Positions 19,451-29,143 are shown, numbered from the stretch's first letter. The stretch: 64,000 nucleotides of DNA from an uncultured Gammaproteobacteria bacterium (GCA_905478855.1 CAJQKF010000039.1:4934-68933), one strand, 5' to 3'. Notes: a model not told the origin generated them from the letters alone. Program-made: numbers and translations.

Positions 19451-20857
19451 ATGCACTTAAACGGTAATTTTAAAGTTAATGCGTCTCGGCAACAGGTATG
19501 GCAGAGAATAACCAATCCTGGCTTGATGGCAGCCTGCATTCCCGGATGTGAAAGTATTGAGCAGATAGATGCAGCTACTTATCAGGCTGTTGTAGCAGTT
19601 GGTGTAGGGGTGGTTAAAGCCAAGTTCAATCTTCTCGTCGAGGTTGTTGAGGAAAATCCGCCGTTCGAGGTGCTTTCCAAAACCAGTGGTCTTGAGGGTG
19701 GTCGGACCAGCACCCTGACCGCGGAAAATCGTGTTTGGTTAACAGAGTTGGATGATGGGACGCGTGTTGACTACGAATCTGAAGTCAGTATTACCGGCCG
19801 ACTTGGTAAATTTGGCCTGGGCATCATGCGTAAACACGTCGAGAAGATGAGTGCAAAATTCGCAGTTAACTTTCAGAGTGGCATTCTGGAACAAGGCAGT
19901 CCTGCTGAGTTTTCCGCTATTGACGAAAAAGTAGAGAGCGAAAATTTAGCTACAACATCCGGGCAAGCGTATGCTCAAAAGATCGAAGAAGACTCTACGA
20001 ACACATCCGTGTCAACTCAAAATGCACTTCTCTGGCCAAAAACAGTAGATGAAGCGGTTGCTGTTCTCAGCAATACTTCAGGAAGCCAACCGCTCGCTGG
20101 TGGTGCTACATTAATCGCCATGAGAAATGCAGGTCTTATCGATGTTAAACAGTATGTTAGCTTGGAACGAGTAGACGGTATTCAGGGTATCACCATCCAG
20201 CCAGATGGTTCAATTCGTATTGGTGCAATGACTCGGCATCGTGATACAGCGGCTTGTGAAAATCTCACTGGTAATTTGGTTGTTCTCCGCCAAGCTGCAG
20301 GATCTATAGCGAGTATGCCAGTGCGCAATATGGGGACTATGGGTGGTTCGCTAGCCAATGCAGATCCGGCTGCTGATTATTTGGCAGCCTTGACTTGTGT
20401 GGATGCAAGCGTGGAAATTGTCGGACCAAGCGGCACGCGTAGTATTGGCATTAATGAGTTTATTACGGATTGGTACGAGACAGTTCTCGGTCATGGAGAA
20501 ATAATTACCGCAGTTATTTTACCGCCCTCCTGTGATGGCTATTCCTCTTACCGTAAGGTAGCGCGTGTGTCGGGAGACTATGCAGTTGCAAGCTGTGCCA
20601 TATCTACTAGCGCGGAAAAAACCATTCGGATCGCTATTGGTGGTTGCGGGCCTAGTCCTATAAGACTCAAGCATGCTGAATTCTCTCTTGGTAGGGGAAA
20701 TTTTTCTGATAATGAGATTGATAGTTATTCTGGTCAATTAACCCGTCTTGCAGACCCGGTGGACGACGTACGGGGTAGTGCGGAGTATCGTCGTAATTTA
20801 ATACCACAGCTTGTCCGCGATGCTTTCGCGGGGCTTGAAAAGAACAGGGGCATATGA
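19451..20857 (+). CDS. Fusion protein: CoxG-like SRPBCC domain joined to the FAD-binding medium subunit of a Mo hydroxylase
   Basis: About aa 1-145 are CoxG-like (NASRQQVWQRITNPGLMAACIPGCES). An acidic/Ser-Thr linker follows. From about aa 195 the protein is CoxM/XdhB-like (PLAGGATLIAMRN...GTMGGSLANADPAADY...RGSAEYRRNL). Confidence 0.85.
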   Translation: MHLNGNFKVNASRQQVWQRITNPGLMAACIPGCESIEQIDAATYQAVVAVGVGVVKAKFNLLVEVVEENPPFEVLSKTSGLEGGRTSTLTAENRVWLTELDDGTRVDYESEVSITGRLGKFGLGIMRKHVEKMSAKFAVNFQSGILEQGSPAEFSAIDEKVESENLATTSGQAYAQKIEEDSTNTSVSTQNALLWPKTVDEAVAVLSNTSGSQPLAGGATLIAMRNAGLIDVKQYVSLERVDGIQGITIQPDGSIRIGAMTRHRDTAACENLTGNLVVLRQAAGSIASMPVRNMGTMGGSLANADPAADYLAALTCVDASVEIVGPSGTRSIGINEFITDWYETVLGHGEIITAVILPPSCDGYSSYRKVARVSGDYAVASCAISTSAEKTIRIAIGGCGPSPIRLKHAEFSLGRGNFSDNEIDSYSGQLTRLADPVDDVRGSAEYRRNLIPQLVRDAFAGLEKNRGI

Positions 20858-21333
20858 TGGGCGAGAAGGCAATGATGTCGATCAATGTTAATAATAGATC
20901 CCAAGCACTCGAAACCGATGGCCATGACACGCTCTTGACAGTGCTTCGGGACGAATTAGGTATTACCAGTCCGAAAAGAGGTTGTAACCAGGGCGTATGC
21001 GGGTCGTGTACCGTAATGATTGACGGTACGCCACAACGCTCTTGTATTACCCTGTCTGCATCTTGTGAAAATAAGCAAGTACATACACTGGATTTTTATA
21101 AAGACGATCCTACTATGCAGGCATTACAAAATCAGTTCTATAACTGTGGAGCCGTGCAATGTGGGTTTTGCACAGCGGGTCTGCTGATTTCTGCTTATGC
21201 ACTGTTGAAAGACAATCCTGCTCCGAATCTTAAGGATGTGCAAAACGCGCTATCCGGGAATATTTGTCGGTGCACCGGGTATCGTAAAATTGTCGACGGT
21301 GTGATCGCAGCGTCGAAGGAATTATCATCATGA
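20854..21333 (+). CDS. (2Fe-2S)-binding small subunit of the Mo hydroxylase
   Basis: It carries the GCNQGVCGSCTV and CGFCTAG...CRCTGY cluster motifs. It overlaps the neighbouring genes by 4 bp at each end. Confidence 0.9.
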   Translation: MMGEKAMMSINVNNRSQALETDGHDTLLTVLRDELGITSPKRGCNQGVCGSCTVMIDGTPQRSCITLSASCENKQVHTLDFYKDDPTMQALQNQFYNCGAVQCGFCTAGLLISAYALLKDNPAPNLKDVQNALSGNICRCTGYRKIVDGVIAASKELSS

Positions 21334-23672
21334 GTAATACGGTTTCGAATACGCATGGGTTGGGTGTTGTTGGAAAATCTGTACCGAAGTTGGAGAACCG
21401 GGAAAAGGTGCTCGGTAAGGCTGAATATATTGCTGATATTTACCCGCCGCATATGGTTCATGGTGCGCTCCTGGCAAGTCCCCACGCTCATGCGCTTATT
21501 CTTGGATACGACGTAACTGAAGCGTTGGCAGCACCAGGTGTTGTCGCTGTACTGACCGGAGATGATGTTGGTGAAGGCCGTATGGGTGCGTTTATAAAGG
21601 ATGAACATGCCATTGCCAAACATCGTGTTAGATATGTTGGCGAGCCGGTGGCTGCGGTAGCGGCTGAGACAGAGCAACAGGCTCGCAAGGCAGCAGATTT
21701 AATCCGTATAGAGTACCAGACATTGGCGCCGGTATTAACGCCAGAGCAGGGTTTGGCGGCTGATGCACCGATCATACATCCGGATCTGGAAAGTTATTTT
21801 AAAGTATTTGATGCAGGCTCTGAGGCTAATCTTGCCTCACGCACTGTGTTTGATGAGGGTGATGTTGCCAGTGCATGGGAGCATTGTGACGTGATCGTTG
21901 AGGGTGAATTTACCACTCAGGCCCAAGCTCATGTATCCATAGAACCTTGTGGTGCCGTGGCACACATGGATGGTAATGGACGAATCAAATTGTGGTCTGC
22001 CAATCAATCGGTATTTCGGGTGCAGGCGAATGTTTGTGAGTCATTGGAATTGCCAATGTCTAGATTGCAATCCCTAACCCCACGTATCGGTGCGGGTTTT
22101 GGTAATAAAATGGAGCCCCACATACAACCTATCACGGTTGCTCTGGCAATGAAGTGTGGTCGTCCGGTAAAACTGATATTAAGCCGTGAAGAAGATTTCG
22201 AAATGGTGCGTGCTCGTCATCCTTATCGTATTCGTATGAAGACTGGCGCGAAGAAAGATGGAACTCTAGTTGCTCGTTCGTGTGAGGTTTTACTCGACTG
22301 CGGTGCCTATGTTGATGATAGCCCGGGTGTGCTGGGTTTTAGCCTGCTGATGGCCCGTGGCCCTTACAACATCCCCAATATGCACTCTGAAGGGAAATTG
22401 GTATACACCAATAAAATTCGTTTTGGTGCGTTTCGTGGATTCGGTAATCCTCAGGTTACTTTTGCTGGTGAACAACAGATAGACGAGATAGCACGGCAAT
22501 TGGAAATTGATCCTATCGATCTTCGCCGAAAGAATATTCTTAGTGAGGGCGATCCATGGTTTCTTGGGCAAAAGGTAGAGTCCGCCGGATTGGCACAATG
22601 TATTGATGCCGTTGAGAAAGCCAGTGAGTGGCGTGATCAAATCCGTTCGACTAAAACTCAAATTCCGGGTCGTCGAACCGGAATCGGCATGGCGATTACT
22701 GCACATATCTCCGGGTTGCTGTCTTCAGCCGCTATTGTAAGAATACTTGAGGACGGTTGTGTTGCTCTGAATACGGGTGCGGTTGATATCGGTCAGGGCT
22801 CTGACACAGTGTTAGCGCAAATATGTGCTGAAACCTTAAAGGTCGATTTAAAAAGTGTTTCAGTAGCAAGCCCGGATACGGATGGATCGCCCTATAATTG
22901 GGGTACCACTGCAAGTCGAGTGACTTACATGACCGGTCGGGCGGTAAAAAGCGCTGCAGAAAAAGCCGCAATTAAGATAAAGCAGCATGCTGCCGAGATG
23001 TTTGACTGTAATATTGAAGACGTTGAGCTTCGCGACGGCGGCGTGGTTGGCATTATAGGAACTGATAAAGTTTTGCCGTTTCTCGCCATCTCTGCACGAG
23101 CTCACTGGGCAGTAGGTGGGCCGATTATCGGTGAACATTCACTTGCATTTGAACGGGATACTTTGGATCCTAAGCGAGCCGTAGCTTTAGGTTTACCCTT
23201 TCCACGTATCGGGGTATTAAGTTTTGGGGCGTTGGTCGTCGAGGTCGAGGTGGATGAAGTGACCGGGCAGACGCGAATTCTAAAAGCTTGGTCCGCACTG
23301 GATGTAGGACGTGCGATTAATCCGCAACTGGTTGAAGTTCAGATTGAGGGCGCATTTGTGCAAGGCCTTGGTTATGCATTGTTTGAGGAGATGGTGTGGG
23401 ACGGTGGGAGACTTTCCAATCCGACACTGATGGATTACAAAGTGCCGACTATTGCCGATGTTCCGTACGACATCGAATCTATCATTATAGAATCACCTGA
23501 ACCCGATGGCCCCTATGGTGCGAAGGGTGCTGGTGAAATTGGGATTAATGCAGTGCCTGCGGCTATTGCGAATGCAGTTTTTGATGCCACCAGCTATCGA
23601 CATCGGCATTTGCCAATGACTTCTGAGCGGGTCTTTAACGGTCTTTACAACAGCCAACGAAAATATCAATGA
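21330..23672 (+). CDS. Molybdopterin-binding large subunit, xanthine dehydrogenase/aldehyde oxidase family
   Basis: 780 aa with GAFRGFGNPQVTFAGEQ and GQGSDTVLAQI motifs. The FRGFG motif is XDH-type, not a CO-dehydrogenase active-site loop. Confidence 0.9.
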   Translation: MSNTVSNTHGLGVVGKSVPKLENREKVLGKAEYIADIYPPHMVHGALLASPHAHALILGYDVTEALAAPGVVAVLTGDDVGEGRMGAFIKDEHAIAKHRVRYVGEPVAAVAAETEQQARKAADLIRIEYQTLAPVLTPEQGLAADAPIIHPDLESYFKVFDAGSEANLASRTVFDEGDVASAWEHCDVIVEGEFTTQAQAHVSIEPCGAVAHMDGNGRIKLWSANQSVFRVQANVCESLELPMSRLQSLTPRIGAGFGNKMEPHIQPITVALAMKCGRPVKLILSREEDFEMVRARHPYRIRMKTGAKKDGTLVARSCEVLLDCGAYVDDSPGVLGFSLLMARGPYNIPNMHSEGKLVYTNKIRFGAFRGFGNPQVTFAGEQQIDEIARQLEIDPIDLRRKNILSEGDPWFLGQKVESAGLAQCIDAVEKASEWRDQIRSTKTQIPGRRTGIGMAITAHISGLLSSAAIVRILEDGCVALNTGAVDIGQGSDTVLAQICAETLKVDLKSVSVASPDTDGSPYNWGTTASRVTYMTGRAVKSAAEKAAIKIKQHAAEMFDCNIEDVELRDGGVVGIIGTDKVLPFLAISARAHWAVGGPIIGEHSLAFERDTLDPKRAVALGLPFPRIGVLSFGALVVEVEVDEVTGQTRILKAWSALDVGRAINPQLVEVQIEGAFVQGLGYALFEEMVWDGGRLSNPTLMDYKVPTIADVPYDIESIIIESPEPDGPYGAKGAGEIGINAVPAAIANAVFDATSYRHRHLPMTSERVFNGLYNSQRKYQ

Positions 23673-24499
23673 ACATTGACGATTATCCTGAACAGGAGCC
23701 GTTTACAAAAATCGGCACTCTCTATCACGAAAAAGTTACCGCTATGGCCGGACATGTTGTTGGTCATGAGCTTTGTTACGGAGATGATCCCTATCAATCG
23801 TTGCTAATTTATCCAGCACAGAACCCAAACGGTAATGTTTTGTGTTTTATGCACGGCGGTGGTTGGACCAATGGCTATAAAGAATGGATGAGCTTTATGG
23901 CACCCGCTTTGAATCGTGTTGGTTGCACGTTTGTTAGTGTTGGATATCGACTGGCGCCGATACATTTGTATCCAGCAGGATTTGACGACTGTTGTGCCGC
24001 AATTGCACGGGTTTATCGGAGGATTGCGGAATTTGGTGGTGATCCGAATCGAATTTTTGTAGGAGGGCATTCTGCAGGAGGGCATTATGCCTCTTTACTG
24101 GGTTTGTGTCTGGCATGGGGAACTAAGGAATCGTTACCAGAAAATATCATTAAGGGAGTACTGCCGGTATCGGGAACATTTGAATTTGGAGAAAACTCTG
24201 GCTTGTCTATGCGACCCCGATTTCTGGGTGGTGAAGAACTTGGCAATGACGGCACTGCGTCACCCATCAACTACATACGGGCCGGGGCGCCACCGTTTTT
24301 GATATCCTATGGTGAGAATGATTTTCCGCATCTTATACGTCAGGCCGAGAGATTTACTGATACATTGCGTTTACAGGGTGTATCAGTAACTACTCAGCAG
24401 TTGGATGATTGTGATCACTTGGGTGCAAGTTATGCCTGTGGCGAGATAGATGGAACTTGGGTAAAAGCCGCAGAAGACTTTATGCAGAAAGTCTCCTGA
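23669..24499 (+). CDS. Alpha/beta hydrolase, arylformamidase-like (candidate N-formylmaleamate deformylase)
   Basis: It has HGGGW and GHSAGGH motifs. Its start overlaps the large-subunit stop (ATGA). The deformylase role is inferred from context only. Confidence 0.7.
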   Translation: MNIDDYPEQEPFTKIGTLYHEKVTAMAGHVVGHELCYGDDPYQSLLIYPAQNPNGNVLCFMHGGGWTNGYKEWMSFMAPALNRVGCTFVSVGYRLAPIHLYPAGFDDCCAAIARVYRRIAEFGGDPNRIFVGGHSAGGHYASLLGLCLAWGTKESLPENIIKGVLPVSGTFEFGENSGLSMRPRFLGGEELGNDGTASPINYIRAGAPPFLISYGENDFPHLIRQAERFTDTLRLQGVSVTTQQLDDCDHLGASYACGEIDGTWVKAAEDFMQKVS

Positions 24500-24612
24500 G
24501 GGAAATTTATTGATCGTCGAGATATACCTTCCGGATCGACGCTAACCCAACAATAATGCCATAGCAGTTTAACTACACGAATTGTTTTTATAATAATTAG
24601 GAGAAGTACAAG

Positions 24613-25776
24613 ATGAAAAAAATTGTTTCACTATTTACGTTGCTAGTAAGCGCATTTGGCGTTTTTGCAGCACAAGCTGCGGATCCGGTGCGTATCGGTT
24701 ATTCCATTGCCAATACGGGGCTGTTTGCGCAAGCGGCCCCTTCTCAGGTAACAGCCTATGAGCTATGGGCTAAGCAAGTAAACGATGCCGGTGGACTTGA
24801 TGTTGCGGGTGAACGTCGTCCGGTGGAGCTTGTTTGGTACGACGACGAATCGGATCCTGCCAAATCAGCGCAAATCTATGAGAAACTTATTTCTGACGAT
24901 AACGTTGATCTTTTGTTGGCTCCTTGGGGCACACCGCATCACCTGAATGTTGCAGGTGTAGTGGAGCGTCATGGCTTTCCAATGATAGGAAATACGGCGG
25001 CATCAGTTGCGGTTAGGGAAGTTCAGCCTGGCAATATCTGGTTTCCTACATCGGCGATTCCAGATCGAATCGGCGTGGAGTTGGCAGCTATGGCTGCTAA
25101 AGCTGGCGTGACGTCAGTCGCGATCATCGCCAATGTGTTGCCATTTTCCCAAGAAAACTTGCAGTTTTTAGTTCCTGCTTTGGAATCTGTAGGTATCGAG
25201 GTTGCGCTTAACGAAAGTTATCCGCCTGATATTTCCGATATGACCGGTTTATTAACGCAGATTAAGGCGGCAAATGTTGACGGTGTAATAGCACTTTCTT
25301 ATCCAGCTGATTCTTTTCTGTATATGGGACAATCTCAGGAAATCGGAATCGATGCGCCATTTCAATTTCTTTTAGTAGGCCCAACTATTTCTGCATTTTC
25401 TCAGGCTTTCGGGGAGCTAGCTGATGGCGTGGTTACGCTGGGTCACTGGAGTCCACATCAGGCTAATTGGAGTCGCGCTAAACCGTTTTTTGATGCGTAT
25501 GTAGAGGCTTATGACATGAAGCCGGATTATTTGGATACTGCATTGGCTTATATGTCATGTGAAATTTTGCAACAGGCCGTTGCTAAAGCTGGCTTAGATC
25601 ATGACAAACTACGTTCGGCTATATCTTCATCTACCTTCGATACTATAAATGGCGACGTAAAGTTTGATGGTGTTGAGAACTCTATTACCCCAACGGCATT
25701 TCTTCAGCTGCAAGGTGGCGACATGCATTTAGTGTGGCCTGAGAATATCGCTACCGCAGCCTATAAAGCGCGCTAA
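24613..25776 (+). CDS. Liv-type (branched-chain amino acid/amide family) ABC transporter substrate-binding protein
   Basis: 387 aa with a signal peptide. The PVRIGYSIANTGLFA start is typical of Peripla_BP_6 proteins. Confidence 0.8.
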   Translation: MKKIVSLFTLLVSAFGVFAAQAADPVRIGYSIANTGLFAQAAPSQVTAYELWAKQVNDAGGLDVAGERRPVELVWYDDESDPAKSAQIYEKLISDDNVDLLLAPWGTPHHLNVAGVVERHGFPMIGNTAASVAVREVQPGNIWFPTSAIPDRIGVELAAMAAKAGVTSVAIIANVLPFSQENLQFLVPALESVGIEVALNESYPPDISDMTGLLTQIKAANVDGVIALSYPADSFLYMGQSQEIGIDAPFQFLLVGPTISAFSQAFGELADGVVTLGHWSPHQANWSRAKPFFDAYVEAYDMKPDYLDTALAYMSCEILQQAVAKAGLDHDKLRSAISSSTFDTINGDVKFDGVENSITPTAFLQLQGGDMHLVWPENIATAAYKAR

Positions 25777-25871
25777 GTTTCCTCTACCCTTTAACTGGAA
25801 TACGTTTTGATCTGCTTGTTCAACTCAAATGTATTCCGGTTTATCCATCAGCAACTTGTAATTATGACGAA

Positions 25872-26765
25872 GTGCTGATGGATCTTCTGCTTTCTCCCCA
25901 GTTATTATTTTCGGCTTTAGTATTAGGTTCTACCTATGCTTTGGTGGCTCTTGGGTTGAATCTTGTTTATGGCACTATGCGCCTATTGAATATTGCACAT
26001 GGTGATTTAATAATGGTGGGCGCCTATGCGGCATTCTGGTTTTTTACATTAAGCGGGTTGTCACCGATTATCGGTTTGCCCTTAATTGCACTAATTTGCG
26101 CAGGTCTCGGCCTCATCCTCTATTTTGCTATCTTCCGTCATCAACTTGAAAATGTTCATCCCGTTGAACGGATTGAGGCCAACTCATTACTACTTTTTTT
26201 TGCCGTTTCGGTCATTGTGCAGAATGTTGTGGCATTATCATTTAGCGGATCACCACGTGCGTATCGTCATTTGGACGAGGTATATCATTTGTTAGGTGTA
26301 TCGATGACTGCCAATAGAATTGCTGCTTTGGTGGTCGCCGTAACACTACTATCTGCTGTAGTGTTATTTTTAAATCGAAGTCACTATGGTTTATCTATTT
26401 CTGCTTTAATTCAAAATAAGACAGCCGCCAAGATAGTTGGTATCAATGTTTCAAAAATACAAATTTTAAGCTTCACTATTGGTTTTGCTATAGCAGGTGT
26501 TGCTGGTGCATTAATAAGTATGACTGAGCAGATTTCGCCGTTTATGGGATTTCCGTTCACAATTGTCGCCTTTGTAGTCATAATTTTAGGCGGGCTGGGC
26601 AATATTAAAGGCGGAATCGCTGCTGGTCTGTTGCTTGGTTTCGTAGAGATTTATGTTGTTGTGCTTACGTCGGCAAATTTTCGCTCTATCTTAATCTACG
26701 GATTATTTGTTGGTGTGTTGTTATTACGACCCCAAGGACTGTTCGGAAAAACCAGAGCTTCCTGA
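25872..26765 (+). CDS. Branched-chain-type ABC transporter permease (LivH-like)
   Basis: 297 aa. The N-terminus (LGSTYALVALGLNLVYG) and C-terminus (PQGLFG) are typical of LivH. Confidence 0.85.
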   Translation: MLMDLLLSPQLLFSALVLGSTYALVALGLNLVYGTMRLLNIAHGDLIMVGAYAAFWFFTLSGLSPIIGLPLIALICAGLGLILYFAIFRHQLENVHPVERIEANSLLLFFAVSVIVQNVVALSFSGSPRAYRHLDEVYHLLGVSMTANRIAALVVAVTLLSAVVLFLNRSHYGLSISALIQNKTAAKIVGINVSKIQILSFTIGFAIAGVAGALISMTEQISPFMGFPFTIVAFVVIILGGLGNIKGGIAAGLLLGFVEIYVVVLTSANFRSILIYGLFVGVLLLRPQGLFGKTRAS

Positions 26766-26766
26766 A

Positions 26767-27696
26767 ATGACAGCACTTAATGGCATTTTAAAAGATCGTG
26801 TTTTACTTATCTTTTTAACATCTTTAGTACTAACGGTTTTTGTCCCAGACTTGTTTGGATCGTACTGGGCTATTGTTGCCTTGAATTTAATGATGTGGGT
26901 TTCCCTTACCCAGAGCTGGACATTGTTTTCAGGTATGACGGGTTATATCTCACTCGGTCATGTGGTTTTTTATGGCATTGGTGCGTACGTAGTGGCTTCA
27001 ACATTCAAAGTGTTGCCGTTGTGGGTTTCGATTCCGCTGGGTGGAGTCGTAGCCGGGGTTCTAGCTTTGCTAGTGGCGATACCGGTTTTGCGTGTGAGAG
27101 GGCCTTACTTTGTTATTCTCACATTCGGACTAGCAGAGCTGGTTAAATATATAGTTTTAAATGTAGAGACATCAATAGGAAAATCGAGTCGATTATTATT
27201 TGGAGCCCCTACTATTGAAACGTTGCTCTATATCATGATTGGACTCGCGGTAATTGCAACCCTTATGACCAAATTGGTAAGTCAATCACGTTTTGGTCGA
27301 GGACTCAGCGCAATTCGAGATGATGAAATAACGGCTGAAACCGTTGGCGTACCCGTTGTGAAATATAAAATAACAGCGTTTACTCTTTCTGCTGTAATAC
27401 CGGGCATGGTGGGTGGTGTTATAGCGCTAAAATCGACTTATTTTGAAGTCCTACAAGTGTTCAATCCGGTAATTTCGTTTACTGTAGTGACCATGGCGAT
27501 TATTGGCGGCAGTGGTGATGTGCGTGGGCCATTCATGGGTGCGGCGTTTTTGTTGTTATTGTCCGAATTGTTCTGGGCTACTATTCCTCAGATTTATATG
27601 ATTCTTGTTGGTTTATTTTTGATCGTTTTCGTTGTGTTCGCACCAAATGGCATTGCTGCAATATTATGGCCAGCACGATCAAGAGACTCTCAATGA
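26767..27696 (+). CDS. Branched-chain-type ABC transporter permease (LivM-like)
   Basis: It carries the LivM motif GYISLGHVVFYGIGAY. I prefer the ATG at 26767 over the listed ORF start at 26707, which overlaps livH by 59 nt. Confidence 0.85.
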   Translation: MTALNGILKDRVLLIFLTSLVLTVFVPDLFGSYWAIVALNLMMWVSLTQSWTLFSGMTGYISLGHVVFYGIGAYVVASTFKVLPLWVSIPLGGVVAGVLALLVAIPVLRVRGPYFVILTFGLAELVKYIVLNVETSIGKSSRLLFGAPTIETLLYIMIGLAVIATLMTKLVSQSRFGRGLSAIRDDEITAETVGVPVVKYKITAFTLSAVIPGMVGGVIALKSTYFEVLQVFNPVISFTVVTMAIIGGSGDVRGPFMGAAFLLLLSELFWATIPQIYMILVGLFLIVFVVFAPNGIAAILWPARSRDSQ

Positions 27697-28424
27697 ATCT
27701 GTTGGAAGTTGAAAATATCGGCAAGAACTTCGGCGGTGTTCGGGCGCTTGACGAAGTTAGTCTTATGGTTGACAAAGCGGAAACGTTGGGTTTGATGGGT
27801 GCTAATGGTGCCGGCAAGACAACCCTATTCAGCGTTATTGCCGGCCACTTAAAGCCAAGTAACGGTATCATCCGGCTAAAGGGAAAAACCATAACCGGCT
27901 ATCGACCGGATAAAGTGTGTCGTTTGGGCATTGCTAGAACCTTTCAGATTGTGCGACCCTTTATTGGGATGAGCGTAAGAGAGAATGTAGAGGTAGCTAT
28001 TCTATTCGGTAATTCTGGATATGATTCTGCATCATCCTTAGGGGATCGTGCCATGGATATCCTAGATGATGTTGGTTTACAGGGATTGTCGGAAACTTTC
28101 GCAGGTAAACTTACCCTTTCCGCACGTAAATGTCTTGAAGTAGCTCGTGCTCTGGCCACTGGGCCTGAGATATTGTTGTTGGACGAGGTTATGGCTGGTC
28201 TGACACCTCGAGAAGTGGATGACATGATTGAGATTATTCAGCGGATTAAGTTGCAACGTCGATTAACCATCGTTATTGTCGAACATGTCGTAAAGGCGTT
28301 AAATCAGCTTTCTGAACGTGTAGTAGTCCTGCATCACGGCAAGATTATTGCCACCGGCTCACCACAAGAAATTGCTCAGAATATTGATGTTCGTGAGGCT
28401 TATTTTGGAGCCTCCGATACATGA
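27693..28424 (+). CDS. ABC transporter ATP-binding protein (LivG-like)
   Basis: It has a Walker A (GANGAGKTT) and an LLLDEVMAGL Walker B. The ATG at 27693 forms an ATGA overlap with the livM stop. The listed ORF begins at 27666. Confidence 0.85.
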   Translation: MNLLEVENIGKNFGGVRALDEVSLMVDKAETLGLMGANGAGKTTLFSVIAGHLKPSNGIIRLKGKTITGYRPDKVCRLGIARTFQIVRPFIGMSVRENVEVAILFGNSGYDSASSLGDRAMDILDDVGLQGLSETFAGKLTLSARKCLEVARALATGPEILLLDEVMAGLTPREVDDMIEIIQRIKLQRRLTIVIVEHVVKALNQLSERVVVLHHGKIIATGSPQEIAQNIDVREAYFGASDT

Positions 28425-29143
28425 GCGATATTCTAAGCGTACACAAGGTAGAGTCTGGGTATGGTGAAGTGGGTGTATTGCACGGCATGGATTTACAATG
28501 CAGGACAAGCAAAGTCACAGCTTTAGTGGGCTCTAATGGGGCTGGAAAATCAACGTTAATGCGCACCATTGCAGGGCTTTTGCCAAATACCAAAGGGAGT
28601 ATTCATTTTGACGGGGAAGTCATTGATAAATTGCCTTCTCATGCACGAGTAGAAAAAGGTTTAATCATGGTTCCCGAAGGACGATTGGTATTTTCTGACC
28701 TTACGGTTGCAGATAATTTGCGCACCGGTTCGGTGAACGTGAGAGCTCGGGAGCATTGGCAGTCAACGATCACCGAGGTTTATGATCTGTTCCCCCGTTT
28801 ATACGAACGTCAGCGTCAACTGGCCGGCTCCTTATCAGGTGGTGAGCAACAAATGTTGGCATTGGGCAGGGGCTTAATGGGTTTGCCGAAGATGCTTTTA
28901 CTCGATGAGCCAACATTAGGACTAGCGCCCGCAATAGCAAAGCAGATATTTAAAGTCATGCCAGCATTGGTAGAGCGTGGAATATCAATATTTCTGGCTG
29001 AGCAAGATCTTTACCGAACTCTGGAAATTGCCGATTACGCTTTTGTAGTCGAAAATGGAAAGATTATTATGCATGATACCGGTAAAGTTTTAAAAAACGA
29101 CCCTAAGATTACTAACGCATATCTAGGGGATAGTAAGTCGTAA
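28421..29143 (+). CDS. ABC transporter ATP-binding protein (LivF-like)
   Basis: It has Walker A (GSNGAGKST), an LSGGEQQMLA signature and LLLDEPTLGLAP. Confidence 0.9.
   Translation: MSDILSVHKVESGYGEVGVLHGMDLQCRTSKVTALVGSNGAGKSTLMRTIAGLLPNTKGSIHFDGEVIDKLPSHARVEKGLIMVPEGRLVFSDLTVADNLRTGSVNVRAREHWQSTITEVYDLFPRLYERQRQLAGSLSGGEQQMLALGRGLMGLPKMLLLDEPTLGLAPAIAKQIFKVMPALVERGISIFLAEQDLYRTLEIADYAFVVENGKIIMHDTGKVLKNDPKITNAYLGDSKS

Noticed and set aside
21195-21677. 160-aa minus-strand ORF. Similar long antisense ORFs lie at 22290-22706, 31380-31841, 43354-43734, 5631-6068, 60401-60727 and 27581-27892.
   Set aside because: All of them lie fully antisense to CDS with strong family motifs. Their translations are low-complexity or Arg/Ser/Cys-rich with no recognisable domains. 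I treat them as shadow ORFs.
21330-23672. Possibility that the CoxSML-like genes encode an aerobic carbon monoxide dehydrogenase.
   Set aside because: The large subunit carries the XDH-type GAFRGFGNPQ motif. It has neither the CODH form I (VAYRCSFR) nor the form II (AYRGAGR) active-site loop. The NicX and formamidase context also points to heterocycle hydroxylation.
24087-24302. 71-aa plus-strand ORF inside the formamidase-like hydrolase gene, in another frame.
   Set aside because: It lies entirely inside a CDS with clear catalytic motifs, and its translation is Cys/Arg/Trp-rich and non-homologous. It is an overlapping-frame artefact.
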